From: Spirochaetales bacterium
GTDB lineage: Bacteria; Spirochaetota; GWE2-31-10
Reading direction: 5' to 3'
NCBI GenBank assembly: GCA_017624275.1
Contig: JAGANG010000078.1
Location: 45,118-109,117, forward strand
DNA length: 64,000 bases
Under the pieces are notes generated by a model. That model had not been told where the DNA came from, did no database searches, and was given only the letters and a program-made list of their open reading frames with translations. Made by a program: the position numbers and the translations under genes. This document shows, piece after piece, positions 57,374 to 64,000 of the stretch. The stretch's first letter is position 1. Each line of letters begins with the position of its first letter.

Positions 57374-57410
57374 CTCAGGTGACATATTGTTACCTGAGTT
57401 TTTTTTATTT
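57374..57410 (+). terminator. rho-independent terminator
   Basis: ctcaggt...acctgag hairpin followed by a T8 run. Confidence 0.55.
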
Positions 57411-57422
57411 TACCTTCAGGCA

Positions 57423-57456
57423 TAAAAAAAGTGCATATTCTTTAAGAATATGCACT
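57423..57456 (-). terminator. rho-independent terminator downstream of groEL
   Basis: agtgcatattc-tttaa-gaatatgcact hairpin with a T-run on the minus strand. Confidence 0.55.
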
Positions 57457-57480
57457 TTTTGCTTATAAGCTAAATGTATT

Positions 57481-59112
57481 TTAGTACATTCCGCCCATGC
57501 CACCCATACCGCCGGCAGGCATTGCAGGTTCAGGTTTATCAGTTTTTTCTTCAGCTATAAGTGTTTCTGTAGTTAATACTAAAGATGCAACACTTACAGC
57601 ATTTTGTAATGCAGTTCTTACAACTTTTGCAGGGTCAATAACACCGGCTTCAATCATATTAATGATTTGCAATGTTTGAGCGTTAAATCCCATTCCCCAT
57701 TTTTCTTGTTGTAATTTATAAATAATAACGTTTCCGTCTTCTCCGGCATTTTCTGCGATTTGGCGTAACGGATATTTTACAGCATTGAAAACAATTTTTG
57801 CACCCAATTCTTCATCCGGATCAGCAGATTTGAATCCTTCAAGAGCTTGAGCTGCATGAATCAATGTAACACCACCACCAGGAATGATACCTTCTTCTAC
57901 CGCAGCACGAGTAGCGGCAAGAGCATCTTCAGCTCTCATTTTCTTTTCTTTTAATTCTACTTCAGTTGCTGCACCTACAGAAATGATTGCAACACCGTTT
58001 GACAATTTTGCAAGTCTTTCTTGTAATTTTTCTTTATCGTAATCAGAAGTAGCTGTAGAAATAGCAGAACGAATAGCTTTTACTCTGGCTTCTCTGTCTT
58101 CTTCACTTCCGGCACCTTCAGAAATAGTAGTATTTTCTTTGTCGATAGTAATGCGTTTTGCACGTCCTAAGTCAGACAATTCTACTTTTTCAAGAGACAT
58201 TCCCAATTCTTCAGAAATTACACGTCCGCCTGTTAAAGTCGCAATATCACCAAGCATTTCTTTTCTTCTGTCTCCGAATCCTGGAGCTTTTACTGCACAA
58301 ACTTTTAAGCTTGATTGAAGCATATTTACAACTAAAGTAGTAAGAGCTTCTCCTTCAACATCTTCAGCGATGATTAACATTGCTTTTTGCATTTGAAGAA
58401 CTTTTTCTAGAATAGGAACTAAAGGTTTCATTGATGAAATCTTTTTGTCGTAGATTAAGATAAAAGCATCGTCAAAATTTACTACACCGTTTTCTGAACG
58501 AATAGCAAAGTACGGAGAAATATATCCGCGGTCAAATTGCATACCTTTAACAACTTTTACAGAGTTTTCGATTGTTTTAGATTCTTCAAGAGTGATAACG
58601 CCGTCTTTTCCTACTTCATGCATAGCATTAGCAATCAAGTTTCCGATTACTTCATCGTTATTTGCACTGATAGAAGCAACTTTTGCAATATGTGCTTCTT
58701 CTACAGGCTGGCTGTTTTTCTTGATTTCTTCTACAACGATATCACATGCTTTTTGCATACCGCGTTTTAATGACATCGGATTAGCACCGGCAGTAACATT
58801 TTTAATTCCTTCTGTTACAAGAGCTTGTGCTAAAACTGTAGCTGTAGTAGTTCCGTCACCGGCTACATCATTTGTTTTTGTAGAAACTTCTTTCACTAAT
58901 TGAGCACCCATGTTTTCGTATGGATCAGGTAATTCTATTTCTTTTGCAATAGTAACACCGTCATTAGTAACTAAAGGTGCACCGAATTTTTTTTCAAGAA
59001 CAACGTTTCTTCCGCGAGGTCCGAGTGTAACTTTTACCGCATTTGCTACAGCATCGATACCTTTTTTTAAAGCATCTCTTGCTTCGATTGAATACAAAAT
59101 TTGTTTTGCCAT
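57481..59112 (-). CDS. groL: chaperonin GroEL
   Basis: 543 aa. [13 protein letters not shown]-terminal [10 protein letters not shown]. No groES upstream. Confidence 0.95.
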   Translation of the reverse strand: MAKQILYSIEARDALKKGIDAVANAVKVTLGPRGRNVVLEKKFGAPLVTNDGVTIAKEIELPDPYENMGAQLVKEVSTKTNDVAGDGTTTATVLAQALVTEGIKNVTAGANPMSLKRGMQKACDIVVEEIKKNSQPVEEAHIAKVASISANNDEVIGNLIANAMHEVGKDGVITLEESKTIENSVKVVKGMQFDRGYISPYFAIRSENGVVNFDDAFILIYDKKISSMKPLVPILEKVLQMQKAMLIIAEDVEGEALTTLVVNMLQSSLKVCAVKAPGFGDRRKEMLGDIATLTGGRVISEELGMSLEKVELSDLGRAKRITIDKENTTISEGAGSEEDREARVKAIRSAISTATSDYDKEKLQERLAKLSNGVAIISVGAATEVELKEKKMRAEDALAATRAAVEEGIIPGGGVTLIHAAQALEGFKSADPDEELGAKIVFNAVKYPLRQIAENAGEDGNVIIYKLQQEKWGMGFNAQTLQIINMIEAGVIDPAKVVRTALQNAVSVASLVLTTETLIAEEKTDKPEPAMPAGGMGGMGGMY

Positions 59113-59314
59113 GTTTTAAATCCTTTTTATTAACTTAAAATTTTATTTTATTGTTGCTCCCTCAATCATAAAAATAAAAATTGGGGATTTAATTGAAGGG
59201 AAAATAATAATTTTTTTGTAATAAGGCAAGATTTATTTTTTAAAAAAAGTAAGTATAGTTCTTGCTATAAAAATATGATACAAATAACCAAAAATTAAGA
59301 GGGGAAATCTGTAA

Positions 59315-60478
59315 ATGAAAAAGTTATTCAGCTTATTTATTATGATGTTTATTTTGTGTTCTAATGTTTTTGCACAAGATAATAATAAGGAAGAAACTAT
59401 AGAAGTTCCGTATTTTGAAATAAAACCGGAAATAGAATCTGTTACTACGGCAGAATTGGAATTTATGGATGAAGACGACACTGCGGCTGTTTCTCCGGCG
59501 TTGTCAAAATCTTCTCCGTCATTTGAAGAAGAACTATCTGCATTTGTCCGTTTTAATCGTTACGGTTCTGAAAAGTTTGTTTTCGGGCCTTACGGATTCT
59601 ACGACGGAGAAATGACTTTCAGAAAAAATACTGTATTAGATTATGAAACTAACGACCAAGATGAGCTACGTTCTTATTTTCTTCTAAAAAAAATCAACGG
59701 ATTCGGAGGGGCTGGATTTCGTGTAGGTTTTAAAAGAGAAAAAAAAGAATTTAAAGGTTCATCAGTATACATTGGTATTCCGTTTTCAATGTTTTATGAC
59801 ATAAACGACAAAGATACAGCCGCAATAAATTGGGAAGATAAAAAACTTAAAGATATTACAACAAAAAATCCACTTATTCCTACAACTTCAGAAGCTGACT
59901 ATTTTACTTTCTTTTATATCGGAAGCGGTCTTGATGTCAGCGGAAAATTAAAAAGCAAAACTACAAAACTTGAAGTTTCATTAAGCAATCGTTTGCTTTT
60001 CGGTTTTACTCCTTATGCCGTAGCAGACAGAGCCGACAATTTTTACCTAGCCGACACGTTAAATGCAAAGGTAGAATTTTCACCGTTTGATTTCTTTTGC
60101 AAAGCTGTAAATGTAACATTTGAAGTCGGAGACAAACTCGATATCGTTCGTAATACATTTCATATTCAGGTAAAAAATCGAGTATGGCTTGGGTTGACAT
60201 GGAAACCTGTAAAATATTTTAAATTGATAACATTACCTTTCTATTTTAAAAGTAATTGTAAATTCAAAACTGATGATACCGATTATTACTATGATTGGAC
60301 AGAAAATATTTACGGTAAATACGGAGTATATTTTGGATCAGATAATATCGGTTTTGAAATAAATGTTTGTCCAGACTATTGGGCTGCGTACAGAAAAGAT
60401 CCAGCAACTCCGGCTGTATCTAATACAGACAGTACTCGTGTAGTTACAATCAGTGCCGAATTAACATTGAAATATTAA
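59315..60478 (+). CDS. hypothetical outer-membrane protein
   Basis: 387 aa, signal peptide, Tyr/Phe-rich beta-rich sequence. Confidence 0.55.
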   Translation: MKKLFSLFIMMFILCSNVFAQDNNKEETIEVPYFEIKPEIESVTTAELEFMDEDDTAAVSPALSKSSPSFEEELSAFVRFNRYGSEKFVFGPYGFYDGEMTFRKNTVLDYETNDQDELRSYFLLKKINGFGGAGFRVGFKREKKEFKGSSVYIGIPFSMFYDINDKDTAAINWEDKKLKDITTKNPLIPTTSEADYFTFFYIGSGLDVSGKLKSKTTKLEVSLSNRLLFGFTPYAVADRADNFYLADTLNAKVEFSPFDFFCKAVNVTFEVGDKLDIVRNTFHIQVKNRVWLGLTWKPVKYFKLITLPFYFKSNCKFKTDDTDYYYDWTENIYGKYGVYFGSDNIGFEINVCPDYWAAYRKDPATPAVSNTDSTRVVTISAELTLKY

Positions 60479-60479
60479 T

Positions 60480-61595
60480 TTGAGGTTTCTTTTTATGAAG
60501 AGAAAAATTTTGTTTTTTATATTTTCGTTATTTTGTGTAGCGGCATATTCGCAGCCGTTACCTTTTATATTGAATGGCAAATACGGTTACATTAATTGTG
60601 ATAATAATGATGTTATTGTTTCGCCTCGATTTCTTTCTGCCGGAGAATTTAGTGAAGGTTTTGCAGTAGTGCAAGAGTTTCCTACAAGTGGATTCGGCGG
60701 TCAAGTACGTTATGGTTTTATTAATGAAAAGGGAGATTTGCAAATTCCGTTTCAATTTGAAAATGCGACTCGTTTTAAGCGAGGTTTTGCTCGTGTAAAA
60801 CTCGGCGGAGCATGGGGAATGATTAATACGGAAGGTAAAATAGTCGTTCCTACATTGTATGATGACTTGTGGGCATTTCGTGAAGAGCGAGCTTTAGCTT
60901 GGAAAGACGGATATTTTGGTTACATTTCTACTGAAAATAAAATTGTAGCACCTTTTGTTTATACCGGAGGCGGACATTTTCACGACAGCCGGGCTCGTGT
61001 AAAGAAAAATGGTCGCTGGGGATTTATCGACCTTAACGGAGAAATAGTAATTGATTGTTGGTATGAAAAAGTTGATGATTTTAATGAATTGTTTGCCGGA
61101 GTAAGAGATAACGGACGTTGGGGATTTGTTGATTCTAACGGTAAAATTGTGATTGATTGTGTTTATGAAAAAATCAGTAAATTCAATGAAGAATTAGCGG
61201 CAGTTCGAGAGCGTAATCGCTGGGGATTTATTGATAAGAAGGGCGAAAAAGTTATTAAGTGTGAGTATAAGAGCGTAAAAGATTTTAGCGAAGGTTTAGC
61301 TCCGGTAAAAATCAAAGGTTCATGGGGATATATTGATAAAACCGGTAAACTTGTAATAAACAATATTTATCAGAATGCATATCGCTTTCAAGACGGGCTG
61401 GCAAAAATTAAAATTGATGGAAAATATGGTTATATAAACAAAGAAGGACGATTGATTGTAAAACCGGAATATGACAAAGTCGTTCGAATGGATGACGGGA
61501 AAACAATTCTTGTTTGCAAAAATGGATTTTTATCAAAACATTACAATTATCTAAATTGTAACGGAGAAATTGTAGCTGAAAATATTTATCGATAA
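60480..61595 (+). CDS. WG-repeat (KWG) containing protein
   Basis: 371 aa, signal peptide. About 10 repeats of WGFIDxxGKxVI typical of KWG/WG repeats. Confidence 0.75.
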   Translation: MRFLFMKRKILFFIFSLFCVAAYSQPLPFILNGKYGYINCDNNDVIVSPRFLSAGEFSEGFAVVQEFPTSGFGGQVRYGFINEKGDLQIPFQFENATRFKRGFARVKLGGAWGMINTEGKIVVPTLYDDLWAFREERALAWKDGYFGYISTENKIVAPFVYTGGGHFHDSRARVKKNGRWGFIDLNGEIVIDCWYEKVDDFNELFAGVRDNGRWGFVDSNGKIVIDCVYEKISKFNEELAAVRERNRWGFIDKKGEKVIKCEYKSVKDFSEGLAPVKIKGSWGYIDKTGKLVINNIYQNAYRFQDGLAKIKIDGKYGYINKEGRLIVKPEYDKVVRMDDGKTILVCKNGFLSKHYNYLNCNGEIVAENIYR

Positions 61596-61604
61596 TAAAA
61601 AAAC

Positions 61605-61643
61605 AAAAACGCACTCAGATTAAGGAGTGCGTTTTTTTACATA
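61605..61643 (+). terminator. rho-independent terminator
   Basis: acgcactc-agattaag-gagtgcgt hairpin followed by a T7 run. Confidence 0.55.
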
Positions 61644-61662
61644 TAAAGACAAAGGAGAATAT

Positions 61663-62634
61663 ATGAAGATTATAGGAATTAATGAAATTGAAAATATAAA
61701 AATAGGAAATGCCCAAAATGAAGAGGCGGCAACCGGATGTACGGTTATAATATGTGAAAACGGAGCTGTGACCGGACTCGATGTCCGTGGCGGGGGGCCG
61801 GCATCAAGAGAATCTGAACTTGTAAAACCTACGGCTGCGTCTCAATTTATTAACGCCGTTCTTTTAAGCGGGGGAAGTGCTTTCGGTCTTGATGCTGCCG
61901 GCGGTGTAATGAAATATCTGGAAAATAAAAATGTTGGCTTTGATGTGGGAGTAACCAGAGTTCCTCTGGTGTGCCAGTCGTGTATATTTGACTTAACCGT
62001 AGGCGATATGTCGGTCAGACCCGATGCAGCCATGGCAATAAAAGCTTGCGAAAATGCTGAGGAAAATAATCCTAAAATGGGAAATGTCGGAGCCGGTACT
62101 GGAGCCAGTGTAGGAAAACTGGGTGGAATGGAAACAGCCATGAAAAGCGGGCTAGGTTCGTATGCCGTTCAGATAGGAAAGCTAAAAGTTGGGGCAATTG
62201 TTGCAGTAAATGCTGTCGGTGATATATTTGATTATGATACCAATCGGATAATTGCGGGAATGCTTACGCCGGATAAAAAATCTTTTGCTAATACAGAAGA
62301 GGTAATGTATAAGGAATCAAAAAAAGTCTCAACATTGACTATGCAAAATACAACCATCGGTGTTGTAGTAACTAACGGTAAATTTACAAAAGCAGAAATG
62401 AATAAAATTGCCGCAATGGCTCATAATGGATATGCGAGAACGATTAATCCGGTACATACTTCTATGGACGGTGACAGTATATATGCTATGTCTGTCGGAA
62501 ATGTTCAGGCTGATATGGATATGGTAGGAACATTGGCGGCAAATGTAATGGGACACGCTGTTTGTGACGCAGTCCGTAAAGCAACAGATGCTTACGGACT
62601 GATATCAATGACAACATTTGCAAAAGGTGTTTAA
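61663..62634 (+). CDS. DmpA/OAT-fold aminopeptidase (peptidase S58 / P1 family)
   Basis: ATGCTVIICE...GLDVRGGGPASRE and autoproteolytic Gly-Ser context. Start at the ATG behind RBS aaaggag. Confidence 0.78.
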   Translation: MKIIGINEIENIKIGNAQNEEAATGCTVIICENGAVTGLDVRGGGPASRESELVKPTAASQFINAVLLSGGSAFGLDAAGGVMKYLENKNVGFDVGVTRVPLVCQSCIFDLTVGDMSVRPDAAMAIKACENAEENNPKMGNVGAGTGASVGKLGGMETAMKSGLGSYAVQIGKLKVGAIVAVNAVGDIFDYDTNRIIAGMLTPDKKSFANTEEVMYKESKKVSTLTMQNTTIGVVVTNGKFTKAEMNKIAAMAHNGYARTINPVHTSMDGDSIYAMSVGNVQADMDMVGTLAANVMGHAVCDAVRKATDAYGLISMTTFAKGV

Positions 62635-62748
62635 AAAAACAAAGCTGACATCAAGCCAAAATAAAATTGAGCTGTCTAAAAGTCCTTGTCAAACAGGAAT
62701 AAGTATAGAATAACATTATATTTTTTACTTATTAGACAGCTCTTATCT

Positions 62749-63948
62749 TCAATCCCAAATTTGCAATTCTCGTGAAGTATCAATTAAGTCGTTTTCACTT
62801 AAATTATTTTCAGAACCTACTGCGATAATGTAGGATTTTGTGGAAAATGACAGTTCATTAGAATCTAACAAATTTATATACCAAGAATTTGTATCTTCTA
62901 AAGTAGACGGATGATTGTTTTCATTTATATCTATATTCTTTTTTTCTGACATAAACATATTGTGAATGCGACTGGCATTGTAGTCGTAATCCATATCAAA
63001 AAAAGCTAAACTGAATCTATTATCATTTTGATAAAAATAACTGGCAGCTCTCCAATGACCTACTATAGGAACAGACCAATTTGAATAACCTCTTTCACGA
63101 GCGTAATCGTCGCCGACTTTTGATAAAGTAAAATATAAGAAGTCTCGTTGTACTGAATCATTTTTTTCCGGTAGAACAAGCAAGTTTTTACGCAATTGCG
63201 GATAAACCAGTAAATTACTGTCATTTGAAATATTGTTAATAAATGCCATAAATTGATTTTCATCGAAATCTTTGCTTATCATAGCTACAAACATATTTTG
63301 TGATGGATTTATTCCGTACAAATAATAATCAGTACTGTCATTTTTACTGATTGTACAATCAAGTACGTCATCTACAATAGCGAATTGAATTTTATCAGTA
63401 TTTTCTGTTTCTTTGGGAACGAAAGTTCCGTTATCTCCGACTGCGATAAACACTGAAACTTCATTATTGAATAAATCATCTTTATATTTTGCCAAAGACA
63501 CAGCATGAATATTTTCTGTTTCTTCCAGATAAGTATCTTTGATAAAGTCCAAATCTTCAACTTCGGATTTGGTAGCATTGATATTGTCAATGTCAAAAAG
63601 CATTATTTCTTCAATTTGAAAATCTTTATTTATAGGAAATTGAGTGATACATTTTCTTATCCACGGAGAAAATGACGACGGGATGGTATAACTGCCGGTA
63701 TCGTAACTGATTTCATTATTTTCAATCATTTCATTGTATTTTTCTATATCATCAATAATGTCTTCATAGTTAGAAATTTTTGTATCTTCAATTCCTAAAT
63801 CCGCAAGTTTATTTTGCAAATCAAGTCCGTCTTTTTCATCTTCAAATGCTCCAGTATGGAGATTGAATGAGAAATATGACGAATCATCAAAGGTTTTCAG
63901 TACATAAGCATCGATATCATTTTTTGCCAATCGTTCTTTATCATTCAC
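62749..63948 (-). CDS. hypothetical protein
   Basis: 399 aa acidic protein with no recognisable motif. A further minus-strand ORF continues to the window end. Confidence 0.5.
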   Translation of the reverse strand: MNDKERLAKNDIDAYVLKTFDDSSYFSFNLHTGAFEDEKDGLDLQNKLADLGIEDTKISNYEDIIDDIEKYNEMIENNEISYDTGSYTIPSSFSPWIRKCITQFPINKDFQIEEIMLFDIDNINATKSEVEDLDFIKDTYLEETENIHAVSLAKYKDDLFNNEVSVFIAVGDNGTFVPKETENTDKIQFAIVDDVLDCTISKNDSTDYYLYGINPSQNMFVAMISKDFDENQFMAFINNISNDSNLLVYPQLRKNLLVLPEKNDSVQRDFLYFTLSKVGDDYARERGYSNWSVPIVGHWRAASYFYQNDNRFSLAFFDMDYDYNASRIHNMFMSEKKNIDINENNHPSTLEDTNSWYINLLDSNELSFSTKSYIIAVGSENNLSENDLIDTSRELQIWD

Positions 63949-64000
63949 GGCAGCTTGTTCTTCTTTGTAAGAACGTACTAATATTGAATAAGGTTTTTCC

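Noticed and set aside
59233-59481. 82-aa minus-strand ORF upstream of groEL (possible groES?)
   Set aside because: The sequence (MSSSSINSNSAVV...) is unlike GroES and overlaps the start of the well-supported 59315 plus-strand gene. It is spurious.

Overview
This window is an AT-rich (roughly 30% GC) bacterial chromosome starting at the replication-origin gene block dnaA-dnaN-recF-DUF721(dciA-like)-rpmH-rnpA-yidD-yidC-jag. Several clues point to a spirochete, probably Treponema-like, but I do not assert a species: a TIGR01784/Rpn-type gene, BspA-like leucine-rich-repeat lipoproteins, WG-repeat proteins, and groEL without an adjacent groES. Housekeeping content in the first 16 kb: radA, an OmpR-family two-component pair, and recR-ybaB-dnaX on the minus strand. 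Upstream of dnaX lies a candidate SRP RNA and a cluster of four tRNAs (Arg plus three Ser isoacceptors). Housekeeping content after about 28 kb: a PilZ protein and a MinD/ParA-like ATPase, coaD, ctpA, a minus-strand arginine block carB-carA-argD-argB-argJ, rnhB, rlmM, glyA and groEL. Two regions stand out. (1) About 18.0-27.9 kb is an accessory island. It is a mosaic of at least six short repeat and hairpin families present in both orientations. They surround genes that are GC-richer than the flanking chromosome: a Bacteroidetes-type HU-like/DUF4469 gene, two lipoprotein genes with duplicated 5' regions, and a DUF2281-PIN toxin-antitoxin pair whose toxin has a frameshifted start. (2) About 33.5-37.4 kb is a compact module. 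It consists of a divergent XRE regulator, two 26-nt direct repeats, a small membrane protein translationally coupled to an AAA+ ATPase, and three small paralogous proteins sharing a C-terminal tail motif (NFGNKDMI[IV]LQ; GDKDMIILN in the 36058 copy). I could assign it to no described system, so it is the best candidate for an undescribed system. It is followed by a DUF4143 ATPase and a YefM-YoeB pair.
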